Origin: an uncultured Planctomycetaceae bacterium
GTDB taxonomy: Bacteria > Planctomycetota > Planctomycetia > Isosphaerales > Isosphaeraceae
Assembly (NCBI GenBank): GCA_963833985.1
Contig: CAWIAD010000002.1
Span: forward strand, 2,592,001 to 2,656,000
DNA length: 64,000 nucleotides
Direction: 5' to 3'
Part shown: positions 29,349 to 39,731 of the stretch, piece after piece
Layout: each line of letters starts with the position of its first letter
How positions within the stretch are numbered: position 1 is the stretch's first letter
Made by a program: the position numbers and the translations under genes
The notes under the pieces: model-generated
What the model was told of the DNA's origin: nothing
The model's input: the letters and a program-made list of their open reading frames with translations, nothing else
The model's database searches: none

Positions 29349-30923
29349 TCAGTTTTGCACGCCGCGGGGACTGGCACTGGCGGTCTCGAAATGCCGGCCG
29401 TGCCGGTCCTGAGGATCGTGCTGAAAAGGTGCCGTGAGAGCCAGGCTTTCTGGGGCTCGAGCCGAGCGATTGCGCCGACGATCCCCTGTGATCCGGGCGC
29501 GTGCGTCCGGAGCCAAGCTTGTTCCCGCCTCTCCCTCCTCCTGCCCGTGTCCTCTCTCGCCCCCTCCATTCGCATCCTGCCCGAGGCGCGTGCCCGATTG
29601 GGTTCCTTCTGGCCGCCGATTTCGCTCCGAAACGGCTGTATCCTCTTTGCCAATCTCAACTTGCGTCTCCACCAGATTGGCTTCGTTCAAGATACTCTCA
29701 ATAACTCGTGGAGCACCACCCGTAGGGTGGGTCAGCGCAGCGCAACCCACCGTCTTGCAGACCTTTACGTGCGGGATGCCCCCGCTCGACGGCATTCCGG
29801 CACCATCCCCGTCGTTCCGGCCGTCGCGCGATTCATCGTGTGGTTGACGTGCGACTGGCTCGGGCGCGGGGCCGATCTGTGGCTCATGGACAACCGGCAT
29901 GGGGGGACGGTCGGCCTCGTTGTTGTTGTCGGCGCCGAGCTCGGCTTTTTGCAGGTTCGACAGCGTGGTCAGCGTACGCAGCAGCTCGCGGGTCAGCGCA
30001 CCCTGGTGCCGGCGCAGGACCGCGACGGCCTTGCTGGCGGCGAAGACCGCGCGGTCGGGCTCGGCGTCGGCTTCGATCTGCTCCAGGTCCTCGTGCTCGC
30101 CGAGCCGCGCTTCCAGCCGGTGGATCGCCTCGTCCACGATCGAGCTGAGGACCTCCCAGCCCTCTTTCGGGCTGGCCGGCGGGCGCGACAGGCGCCGCCA
30201 CGGCATCGCGCCGCTGAAATAGGGGCCGGAACTGGCTTTCATGTTGCGGAACAGCTCCCAGAGCTCGCGGCCCTGACCCGGCTCGATCGCATCGACGGCC
30301 TGAAACACGCGGTTGGCGGCCGGGTCGATCATGCCTTCCAGGAAGCTCTTGCCCATGAGCCGCAGGAACCGGTAGTGGTCGGTCTCGCACCATGCGGCCC
30401 GCACGTCGATGAGGTTGCGGAACTCGGACCACCGCGCCAGCAGCCAGCGGCAGCCCTCGGGGAGCTGCTCGAGCCGGGCCAGGAACACGGCGGGCATGTC
30501 GTCGTAGTACTCGGCCTTGCCAAACCGCTCACGCGGGTCGAGGGTGTCCAGCAGCTTGCGGCCCAGGATGTGAGCCTGCTTCAGCCGCGTGGCCTCATCG
30601 CGGTCGCGCTGGCGGTGGACGCGAGCCGCGAGGTAGGCCGTCTCGGCCCGCTCGGCGCGGTCGATCTGCCAGTCGATGCGCGCCGCGTGGCCGACGAGAG
30701 TGCGTTCGACGTCGTTGCGCGGCACGAGTTCAAATGTCCACTGGAGGATCCGTTCGGCGAGCTCCCTGGGATCTTCCTGGGGCAGGACGGGGATGGCGAT
30801 GCGGGCGTTGGCGCCATGCCTCAGCGCGTTGAGCCGGGCGCGGGCCTTGCCTTGATCGCTCTTCGGCCCCGTGCTTTTTGCGGCGTTGCGGCGATTGGCC
30901 GCGATCTGGGCTGTGGTGGCCAC
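29349..30923 (-). CDS. Hypothetical protein of the 'ANRRNA.KSTGP' family
   Basis: GTG 30923: ATTAQIAANRRNAAKSTGPKSDQGKARARLNALRHG, then a helical body and a low-complexity tail. The upstream extension to 31676 runs through repeats and is probably spurious. Confidence 0.75.
   Translation of the reverse strand: MATTAQIAANRRNAAKSTGPKSDQGKARARLNALRHGANARIAIPVLPQEDPRELAERILQWTFELVPRNDVERTLVGHAARIDWQIDRAERAETAYLAARVHRQRDRDEATRLKQAHILGRKLLDTLDPRERFGKAEYYDDMPAVFLARLEQLPEGCRWLLARWSEFRNLIDVRAAWCETDHYRFLRLMGKSFLEGMIDPAANRVFQAVDAIEPGQGRELWELFRNMKASSGPYFSGAMPWRRLSRPPASPKEGWEVLSSIVDEAIHRLEARLGEHEDLEQIEADAEPDRAVFAASKAVAVLRRHQGALTRELLRTLTTLSNLQKAELGADNNNEADRPPMPVVHEPQIGPAPEPVARQPHDESRDGRNDGDGAGMPSSGGIPHVKVCKTVGCAALTHPTGGAPRVIESILNEANLVETQVEIGKEDTAVSERNRRPEGTQSGTRLGQDANGGGERGHGQEEGEAGTSLAPDARARITGDRRRNRSARAPESLALTAPFQHDPQDRHGRHFETASASPRGVQN
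29722..29751 (+). repeat. GTAG-type REP-like palindrome inside the CDS
   Basis: GTAGGGTGGGTCAGCGCAGCGCAACCCACC: GTAG followed by a GGTGGGT/ACCCACC stem. Confidence 0.7.
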
Positions 30924-31274
30924 GGAGTTGCTCTTTTTGTTATTGGTGCAGGTCGTGTATGCGGTGTGCAGAGCGGCCCTGGCCGGCGGTTCACCGGAGA
31001 AGCGGCGCGGGGAGCGGCCTCCTCGGCGAGCCAGCGGCCGGTGCGCCGCGATCTGCCGTCTATCTATGAGGATCCGTCCAAAACTGCCCCAGAATCGCGA
31101 AAACTCGGATTTTTGTTTTTTTCCCCGGCCGTCGGGCAAGTGTGTCCTTTCGGCAGGCGATCCTTGCGTGCCGGTGCTTGCACGTGGCCTGCAATCGCAC
31201 GTCCTGGAGTCGCTCCGTCCGGGGCGTCGTGGACATCGTCGCGACCGTTTCCGCCTGAGCCCAGGCCGCGAATC

Positions 31275-31495
31275 GGTGCGTCGTCGCTGCGCTGGACGCA
31301 CCCTGCGCAACAGCTTCCGTCCGGGGCCTTGTGAACATCGCGGCGCTCGCTTCCACGTGGTGTCCGCGAGGTATGGCCACGTGCGTGAGCACGTGGTTTT
31401 CACGGGCGCAGCCTCCAACCTCGGGCGTGAGCCCGACCAGTGAGGAAGCCCGGTTCGCAGATTGGTGCATCGTCGCTGCGCTCGGCACACCCGAC
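31275..31495 (-). repeat. Two degenerate GTAG-family REP-like palindromes (31275-31306, 31464-31495)
   Basis: Minus strand GCAGGGTGCGTCCAGCGCAGCGACGACGCACC and GTCGGGTGTGCCGAGCGCAGCGACGATGCACC share the AGCGCAGCG core with the 29722 copy. Confidence 0.6.
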
Positions 31496-32105
31496 GCACC
31501 TGGAGCCCGGGCGCATGGCCAGGTGCGCCAGCGCCATGGACTCTGCGGCGCATGGCCACGAGCGTGAGCACGTGGTTTTCACGGGCGCCGCCTCCAACCT
31601 CGGGCGTGAGCCCGACCAGCCCTTGAACCGGGTCGCCCTCACGGGCGAGGTTGGGGGCTGCGCCCGTCCGAACCACGCCCTCACGGGCGTGGTCGCGGCA
31701 ATGCCACGGGCGTGGTCACGGCACCTCCCGGCTGGGGTGAATCCGTTCCAGACAGCAGCGTCGTCTGGCACCGGTGACCACGGTCGTCAAGGCCGTGGTC
31801 CGGACGGGCGCAGCCTTCACCCTCGGGCGTGAGCCCGACCTGCATCGCGCCGCATCGGACCGATCGCCGGGCCCCCGGTCCGCACGTCCCGCCGCCTGGC
31901 CCGTCTGGCCACGAGCGTGAGCACGTGGTTTTCACGGGCGCAGCCTCCAACCCCGGGCGTGAGCCCGACCTGCACATCGGCGCACCACGCTCATCCCCCG
32001 TCGCTGGCCCGCCAGTCCCGGCGCTGGCGCGCATGGCACATGGCCACGTGCGTGAGCACGTTGTTTCCACGGGCGGAGCCTCCAACCTCGGGCGTGAGCC
32101 CGACC
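31373..32105. repeat. Cluster of six ~65-bp double-hairpin repeats (five direct, one inverted)
   Basis: Copies at 31373-31438, 31552-31617, 31631-31694 (inverted), 31776-31840, 31906-31970 and 32040-32105. Consensus TGGCCACGWGCGTGAGCACGTGGTTTTCACGGGCGCAGCCTCCAACCTCGGGCGTGAGCCCGACC. Confidence 0.92.
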
Positions 32106-32386
32106 CGTCGAGCACCCGGCATGCAATAGCACGCCTTGCAGTCCGTCCGAGGCGTTCACGGCATCACGACCGGCCGCATTCACGCACTTCCCTTTCCTTC
32201 AATCCATGGCCTGCCCGCGGTATGGGATATCGGCCGTCAGGCCGTCAGGCCAGGCCCGCTCACCTGAAAAACCTTGGCGAGCGAGCGTCGGTCGGTGGTA
32301 GGATGCTCCTTATCTCAACATCCCGAGCGGCCGGTCGATCGACCGGAAAGCCAGCCCGTTTCTCCTGCGGGAACGGATACTTTTTT

Positions 32387-35170
32387 ATGCGACACCTGTG
32401 GCTTGCGGACTGGCGTGGCGCGTTTCATCAGTGGCTGCTCGGAGGCGCGGTGTTGGGCCTGCTTGCGGTCCGGCCAGCCAGCGCGGGCGAGGCAGCCGCG
32501 CCGGACGATGCGTTTGTCAGCGACTACTGCGCGCGCTGCCACGATGATGTGAACCGGAAGGGCCGGCTCGACCTGACGAGCCTGGAGTTTAACCCGAGTG
32601 ATGCGGCCAACCTGTCCGTCTGGATCAAGGTGCATGATCGAGTGAAGGCCGGCGAGATGCCGCCCAGGAGCCGCGCCCGGCCGGACGAGACACGGCGGAA
32701 AGCCTTTGTCGCCGGCCTCGCACAGTCGATCATCGCCGCGGAGCGGATGGCCCTGGCCGGCGAGGGCCGGGCAATTCAGCGCCGGCTCAATCGCAATGAG
32801 TATGAGAACGCCTTGCGCGACCTGCTCGGCATCCCGTGGGCGCAGATCGCCAGCCGGCTGCCGGAAGACGGCGAGGCCTATCACTTCAACAAGAGCGGAG
32901 AGGCGCTCGACGTGTCTTACCTCCAGATCGCGCGGTTCATGGAGTCGGCCGATCACGCCATGCGGCTGGCGATGGGGATGCACATCGAGCGGCCGGCGAA
33001 ATCGACCCGCAAGCTGTACGCCCGCGACGAGCGGAGCTTGCGCAACTGGTGGCCGCGCGAGAACGGCACTCTGCCGGATCGGCTGTCTTTCCCCGTGCTC
33101 GATGCGCACGCCCAGCCGGACGTGCGGGCCGGCCGTGCGCCGGCGACCAGCGCGGCAACGCGTGAGCGGGAGGCGGTCGGCAGGGTGTCGAGCATCTTCA
33201 GCGACGCGGGTGGCTATAGCTGGAGCGGCTGGCGGGCGCCGGTGGCGGCGCGCTACAGGCTGCGCATCGCCGGCTACACGATCTGGGTCGCCGGCGGCGG
33301 AGTGGCGCGATGGTTCTTTGAAGGCCAGGGGGCCGAGAAGGCGCCGGTGTATCACACGCTCCTGTGGCACCGCCCGAACCTGGACGAGGTCTATCCCGGC
33401 CGGCGCAACGAACCGATCGGCGTGTACGCACAGGGTGGCAGCCAGACCCGCCCGATCGGGGCGGTCGATTTCACCCCGCAGCCGACGGTGAGCGAGCTGG
33501 AAGTCTTCCTGCTGGCGAACGAGGTTGTGCGGACCGACGGCTCCCGGCTCTTCCGGACGCGGGTCAACGGCACGGACGAGCAATATGTCAATCCCCTGGC
33601 GACCGAGGACGGCATGCCGGGCTACGCCATCCAGTGGATCGAGGTGGAAGGCCCGTTCGGCGACGACCCGGCCGGCGGGGCGGGCACAGGCTATGAACGG
33701 TTGTTTGACAAGTTACGGCTGGTGCCGTCCGAGCGGCGCGCGGGGGAGTCGCGCTGGAGATCGTTCCGAGCACGTCGGCAAGTCCGGGCCCAGCCACAGG
33801 AAGAGGCACTGGCGGAGGGCGGCGCGGGCCGCCGTCAGCCCGGCCCGGCGGCGTGCGCGAAGCGTTTTTTGAAGTCGAATCCGCGGCGCCGCGGCAAGAT
33901 GCGGAGCGGCTCTTGCGGTCGTTCCTGAAGCAGGCGTATCGCCGGCCGGTCGCCGAGGCCGACGTGCAGCGGTTCCTGCGGCTGTTCGATGACCAGTTCC
34001 AGCACGGCTCCGGCTTCACCCGGTCGCTGCTCTCAACCTACATGGCCGTGCTGTCGTCGCCGGGCTTCGTGTTCGTCGAAGCCAATCCGGGCAGGCTCGA
34101 CGGATACGCGCTGGCCACCCGGCTGGCCCTCTTCCTGTGGAACTCGACTCCCGACGACTCACTGCGGGCACTGGCCAGGTGCGGCGACCTGAGCAAGCCG
34201 GACGTGCTGCGCGCCGAGACGAAGCGCATGCTCGAGGATGACAAGGCGCGCCGCTTCGTCGAGGCGTTCACCGATTACTGGCTTGACCTGCGGAAGATCG
34301 ACGACACCTCGCCGTCGACCACGCTCTACAACGATTACGAGCTCGACGACACGCTGAAGCTGGCTGCGCTGGAGGAGACGCGGCTTTTCTTCGCCGAGCT
34401 GCTGCGAGCCGACTTACCGGCGCGGAACATCGTCGCCTCGGACTTCACGTTCCTGAACGAACGGCTGGCCGAACACTATGGCATCGGCGGGGTCTCCGGC
34501 GCCAGGTTCCGCAAGGTGAAGCTGCCGGCCGATAGTCTTCGTGGCGGAGTGATGACGCAGGCCAGCGTGCTGAAGGTGACTGCCAACGGGACAACGACCT
34601 CGCCGGTGCTGCGCGGCCACTGGATCACCGAGCGAATCCTGGGACTGGAGACGCCGCCCCCACCGCCGACGGTCAAGGCGGTCGAGCCGGATATCCGTGG
34701 CGCGGTGACGATCCGCCAGCAACTGGAGAAGCACCGGGCCGACCAGAGCTGTGCCTCGTGCCATAGCAAGATGGACCCGCCAGGCTTCGCGCTCGAAAGC
34801 TTTGACGTGATGGGCGGCTACCGCGAGCGCTACCGGGCTGTGTCCGAGCAGGTACCTCCGGTCCGGGGTTTCGGCATCAACGGGCAGGCCTTCGCATTCC
34901 ATTATGCCCTACCAGTTGATTCGGCCGGTGCGTTGCCCGACGGTCGGCCGTTCCAGGACGTGCGCGAGCTCAGGAGAATCCTGGTTCAAGATGAACGGCA
35001 GATCGCCAGGAACCTGGCACATCAATTGACGATTTTCGCGACCGGCGCCGGTGCGGTTCTCCGATCGCGAGCAGATCGACAGGATCCTCGACGCGGCGCA
35101 GGCCAGCCAGTACGGCGTGCGCAGCATCGTCCACGCGATCGTCCAGAGCGACCTGTTCCGGAACAAATAG
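32387..35170 (+). CDS. Planctomycete cytochrome c / DUF1587-DUF1595-DUF1592-DUF1588-DUF1585 protein; frameshifts near 33745 and 35047
   Basis: [58 protein letters not shown]; ends [10 protein letters not shown] at 35170. Confidence 0.9.
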
Positions 35171-35182
35171 GAAACTCCAGAG

Positions 35183-36503
35183 ATGCACGCGCAAACCGTG
35201 TCAAGATTCGCGGCTGCATTCGCGTCCAGGCGCCGGCCGATCTCACGGCGGCGCTTCCTGCGGGGCTCGGCCGTGGCGCTGGCACTGCCGTTCCTGGAAT
35301 CGATGAATACCCCATTCGCGCGCAGCCGCCGTCCCGGAGCCGCGCCGGATGTTCTGCATTTGCAACAACCTGGGCGTGCTGCCCCAGCCCTTCTTCCCCA
35401 GCGATGCAGGCCGCGAGTACACCTCCTCACCGTACCTGAAGTTTCTCGAAGAGCACCGCGCGGACTTCACCGTGCTGAGCGGCGTCTCGCACCCGTTCGT
35501 GGATGGCGGCCACCCATCGGACATCAGCTTCCTGACCGCTGCCCCGCACCCGGCCAGCAGCTCGTTCCGGAACTCGATCTCGCTGGACCAGCTCGTGGCC
35601 GAACGGATCGGAATGTTCACGCGGTTCCCATCACTGACTCTGGCAGTCAACGGCGGCCGGAGCCTGTCGTGGACGCGCACGGGCGTGGCGATCCCGCCGG
35701 AGGGCCAGGCGTCCGGGGTCTTCAAGCAGCTCTTCCTGCAAGGTACGCGCGCGGAGATCGAGCAGCAGATTCATGAAATCGACACGGGGCGGAGCATTCT
35801 CGACGTGGTTTCCGAACAGGCCAGGGAACTTCAGCAAAAAGTCGGCGTCCGCGACTGGACACGGCTTGACCAGTATTATTCCAGCGTGCGCGATCTGGAA
35901 CACCGGCTCCAGGAGTCGCGCGGTTGGGCCAACAGGCCGAAGCCGGCCGTCAAGGCCAGTCCGCCGACCGACCCGGCCAGCCCTGCGCAGTACATGGCCA
36001 AGGTGCAGATCATGTATGACCTGGCGCGCCTGGCGTTCGAGACCGATTCGACCCGCGCGATCACGCTCATGCTCAACAGCGTCGGTACGCCTGTCGTGCA
36101 GATCGCCGGGGCGACGATCACCGACAGCTATCACAACCTGTCGCACCACGGCATGTCGGAGGAGAAGCTGACGCAGCTCAAGGTGATCGACGAATGGCAC
36201 ATGAAGCTGCTGGCCCACCTGTTCCAGGGCTTGAAGTCCTCCAGGGAAGGAGGCGCAACACTGCTGGACCGGACGATGGTCCTGTACGGCTCAAACCTCG
36301 GCGACGCGAATGCGCACTCGACGACGAACCTGCCGACCCTGCTAGCGGGCGGCGGCTTCCGGCATGGCCAGCACCTGGCCTTCGACCGCAGCCGCAACTA
36401 CCCGCTGCCGAACCTGTTCGTGTCGATGCTCCAGCGGATGGGGATCGAGGAGTCGCGGTTCGGCCCCTCGATGGGAACGGTGCGCGGGCTGGAAATGACC
36501 TGA
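35183..36503 (+). CDS. DUF1552 domain protein (Tat signal); frameshift near 35330
   Basis: [57 protein letters not shown]...NLP.LLAGG. Confidence 0.9.
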
Positions 36504-36506
36504 GCC

Positions 36507-37054
36507 ATGACGCACGCCCGCACAATGGTCCTGGCGGTTGTCATCGTCCTTGGCGCGCTCGCCGGCGCCGCACCCGCCGATGGCCCGGTCAGAATCACCT
36601 TCGACAAGGTGGAAACCGGCAAGACGATGCCGAGCTACACCGACCAGGGCGTCGTCTTCGCCCTGTCGCGTCCGCCGAGTCGGAGTCGTGCCGCCGGTCG
36701 GGTGATGTTCTTCCCGCACCTGAAGACACCGCGGAAGGGCATCCTGAACGCGATGGCGAACGAGTCGATCCCGGTCGAAATCCGCTTTCCGAAGCCGGTG
36801 GCAGCCGTCACTCTCGTGCTCTGGGGTTCGATCGGCAGCGCCGCGGTCGTCGAGGCCTACGATGCGGACGGAAAAGTGGCGGACCGGGTGTCCAGAGACA
36901 CGGTCCCGGCACGGACCGGGCCAGAGCAGCCGATTCCCAGCGTCGAGCTGACGGTGAAAGCATCGGCCATTGTGTCCGTTCGCTTTTCGGCGCGCCCCCC
37001 GGCGGCTACCTGGTCTGCGACGAGCTGCGCTTCACCCTCTGCCCGACGCAGTGA
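36507..37054 (+). CDS. Secreted hypothetical protein; frameshift near 36990
   Basis: Signal peptide; the probable C-terminus GAPPGGYLVCDELRFTLCPTQ* is in the shifted frame. Confidence 0.65.
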
Positions 37055-37332
37055 AATGAGCGTGCCGGATGACCGCACAATGAGTCCGCTTACCGTTTTG
37101 GTTAGTTGGCATTCTCTACAGATCTTTGAACAATCTCTATCCTTATGAACCCGACGCGAGTCGTGTGCGCCCGTACAATACTTGGCCACGGCCTAGCGAT
37201 CCCCGAGCAGCCTGGACCGCGAGCAGCGCTCAGAACCTTTCATGCAACTCCGCGTTCCGTCTGTTCCGGACTGGATCGCTTGCATAGAATAAAACTTTGG
37301 TACCAAATGTCCTGAACGGGAGTCGCGCATGG

Positions 37333-37752
37333 ATGTCTGTTCACCTAGAGTTTGTGGTTCTGGGGCCCCCGATTTCCAACCAACAAAGCACCCCGCAAGG
37401 AAGGGCGAACCTGACCACATGGCGGGCTACCGTCGCAGGAGCAGCGCAGAATCTATGGGCCTCTCCCATACTCACAGGGATACTTAAGGCGATCATCATT
37501 AACTTTCACACTGGGAACAGACCATCAGTTGATGTTGATAATATGTCAAAACCGATTCTGGATGTGCTGGAGAACATCGTCTATGGCGATGACCGTCAAA
37601 TCCGGCAGGCCCAGATCACACATCTCAAAATAGGTGCACCTTTCTCGATTGTCGGCGTTTCCAAGATCATCGTCGATGCCATCCAGACGGGGCAACAATT
37701 TGTTTACGTCCGCATTGAAGACCCGGTTGATCCTTACCCGCTCCCGAGGTGA
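37333..37752 (+). CDS. RusA-family endodeoxyribonuclease-like protein
   Basis: EFVVLGPPIS..Q, DVDNMSKPILDVL, VYGDDRQI match the RusA catalytic pattern D.DN..K...D.L..DD.Q. Confidence 0.85.
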   Translation: MSVHLEFVVLGPPISNQQSTPQGRANLTTWRATVAGAAQNLWASPILTGILKAIIINFHTGNRPSVDVDNMSKPILDVLENIVYGDDRQIRQAQITHLKIGAPFSIVGVSKIIVDAIQTGQQFVYVRIEDPVDPYPLPR

Positions 37753-37755
37753 TTC

Positions 37756-38421
37756 ATGAATACCCAGGAACGATTGGAGCAAGTGGCGGAACGATACCGG
37801 GATCAGGGATACAGGGTTATTCTTAACCCAACTCCGAAGGACCTGCCGTCGTTCGCGAAGGATTTCAAGGTGGAAATCCTCGCCAGCCGCCCGGACGGAA
37901 ATGTGTTGGCATCCGCCAAAGCCAGCTCCTTGGAATTCGAGAGAGATAAGAATCTCTCGGTCTATGCGGAGATTATCGCGGGTCAGCCAGGATGGAGGTA
38001 CGATGTGTTCGTTCTCGGGCCACAGCCGCCCATGCCAGCCTCCGGCGACATTACCGACGCCTCGGATGATGAGATCGAGCGAACTTTAGCCTCTGCGGAT
38101 CATCTCCTCCAGGCCGGGTTCCAACCTCAAGCGGTTCTTGTGTCGTGGGCGGCATTGGAGTCAGCAATGCGCCATAGACTTCGGTCTCTCGGCGAAAAGG
38201 CGGAATGGGGAGCGTCGCCACGATCCATGATCAACGAATTGGTCTCGTCCGGGGTTCTGACGCATAGCGATTTCCGCGACATCGAAGAACTTTCCCGCTT
38301 GAGAAACATCATCGCTCATGGATTCTCGGTGCCGGAGATAAGGCCAGACACCGTTTCATTTCTTGCCCGCACTGCTCGAAGGTTGCTCGAGGAATCCAAG
38401 GAGCATGAGCCGGCCGCTTAG
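37756..38421 (+). CDS. REase_AHJR-like nuclease domain fused to a HEPN domain
   Basis: N-terminal VAERYRDQGYRVILNP...LPSF..DF.VEILA; C-terminal AVLVSWAALESAMR...RLRNIIAHG (R-X4-H). Confidence 0.72.
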   Translation: MNTQERLEQVAERYRDQGYRVILNPTPKDLPSFAKDFKVEILASRPDGNVLASAKASSLEFERDKNLSVYAEIIAGQPGWRYDVFVLGPQPPMPASGDITDASDDEIERTLASADHLLQAGFQPQAVLVSWAALESAMRHRLRSLGEKAEWGASPRSMINELVSSGVLTHSDFRDIEELSRLRNIIAHGFSVPEIRPDTVSFLARTARRLLEESKEHEPAA

Positions 38422-38522
38422 TAGCTGGGTAAAGCATTGCCTACGACGGAACCCATGGAAGTGGCGACGGTGCCAGCCATGACGCCCTACCCGATCCAAT
38501 TACGCCCCTTGACCGAAACAGG

Positions 38523-38671
38523 AAGGGGCCACCCACAGTTTGGCGCTGTGTCCACTGCGGAGGTGAATGTGGATTGCCACCACGGCGCCAACGAGGGAGG
38601 GAAACCTGGATGGCTCCATGATGTTCCTGAATGGGAATGTGGATGGTCCCATGGTCCCACCATGGTCCCAC
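38523..38671. repeat. Degenerate copy of the CATCCACATT/AATGTGGATG inverted-repeat element
   Basis: AAGGGGCCACCCACAGT at 38523, GAATGTGGATTGCC at 38565, GGGAATGTGGATGGTCCC at 38633, then CATGGTCCCAC x2. Confidence 0.65.
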
Positions 38672-38726
38672 CGGAGGAAACAACCTTTCCGTCATGGTCA
38701 TGAAGCGGATGCACTTCAAGTTACAA

Positions 38727-39512
38727 TTATGGTAGATCGCTCAATGTCAGCAGATGGGATCGAGCGACCGACGGGTTAAAGTCGTATTCACCTTTTCGGC
38801 GGATGAGCAGTTTAACGGCTTGCTCAATCCAGTGGGTCTCTTTCGAGTTCAACGGGGTCCTTGTGGCCGCGGTGTTGAACTTTCGAGCTTCCCCTTCACC
38901 ACCTCGCGTAGAAGTTAATTCACCGAGTTCGTCGAGAACCGGTCGGTCAATATTGTATCGACGAGCGGCCTCACCGCGGGCGCCGTAAATCAGTCCGGTG
39001 CTTCCCTCAAGAACTGTTAAACAGAAATACGCCATGGAGAGTAAAGGTTCTCCATGTTTCTTATATAATAGATACATCGACCACATTATATTTACGTCAT
39101 CAGATGCCTTGAAATCTGTTGGAGGTGGCGGGTAATCCCGACGGGTTACCTGAACCACAGCCATATCGAGAAAGCCAATCGAATCGAGTGCAGTTACCTG
39201 TATCGTTTGGTCTTCACCAGGGCCTGGCGGATCACGGTCAATAATCTCTGATCGCTCGAACTCAAAGCGGAACGACTGCTGGTCATCTGCTAGACCAGCG
39301 GCAATTTCCCAAGCCCGAAGCCATGCCTCAATTCGCACTTTTGCGCTTTCTTCAGTTGGGTGGTGCTCCTTCATTTCGACCGTTAGCTGACCTTGGTTCA
39401 GTTTGGCCTCGAACGGGATGGTCTCATAAGCCACAGGAGACGGGTTGTCATAGTCGACCCTGTCTCCCGGGTGCAGGAGGTAGAAGAGCCTTTCAACATG
39501 CGGGTCCCTCAT
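38727..39512 (-). CDS. Hypothetical protein, possibly ApeA/MauJ-like HEPN-related fold
   Basis: 261-aa lower-GC ORF after GGAGGTG; beta-rich N-terminus then helical LLSMAYFCLTVLE. Fold assignment is tentative. Confidence 0.55.
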   Translation of the reverse strand: MRDPHVERLFYLLHPGDRVDYDNPSPVAYETIPFEAKLNQGQLTVEMKEHHPTEESAKVRIEAWLRAWEIAAGLADDQQSFRFEFERSEIIDRDPPGPGEDQTIQVTALDSIGFLDMAVVQVTRRDYPPPPTDFKASDDVNIMWSMYLLYKKHGEPLLSMAYFCLTVLEGSTGLIYGARGEAARRYNIDRPVLDELGELTSTRGGEGEARKFNTAATRTPLNSKETHWIEQAVKLLIRRKGEYDFNPSVARSHLLTLSDLP

Positions 39513-39570
39513 TTATCACCACCTCCAGGTTGCTTGTCCGGTCATGTCCTGAAGTGAAGGGAGGCAGCAT

Positions 39571-39716
39571 AAGGGGCCATCCACATTTCAGGGCGGCATC
39601 ATTTCTGCCCGCACAGGATTCAAGGTCGGAAGGTGGTCTGACGGTTCGGCTTGCTGTGCCGGGCCGGTTGATGCGGTGCGCGGGTCGGAGGGGAATGTGG
39701 ATGACCTCGGGATTCC
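39571..39716. mobile_element. MITE/REPIN-like element, copy 1
   Basis: 133 bp (39571-39703) identical to 42058-42190; terminal inverted repeat GGCCATCCACATT...AATGTGGATGACC. Confidence 0.75.
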
Positions 39717-39731
39717 TCCAGGCGGCGCCGA

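Noticed and set aside
31373..32105. CRISPR array
   Set aside because: Units are ~65 bp, spacing is irregular (13-113 bp), one copy is inverted, spacers contain other repeats, and there are no cas genes in the window.
30924..32386. N-terminal extensions of ORFs 29349-31676 and 31829-33928 with repeated peptides (KTTCSRTWP, HVREHVVFTG)
   Set aside because: They are translations of the DNA repeats. Better starts exist at 30923 and 32387.
37076..37100. AATGAGTCCGCTTACCGTTTT as the left boundary repeat of the island
   Set aside because: Only vague resemblance to the AATGTGGATGGCCCCTT end and no partner inverted repeat was found.
37333..37752. Prophage remnant suggested by RusA
   Set aside because: No integrase, structural, replication or lysis genes nearby.
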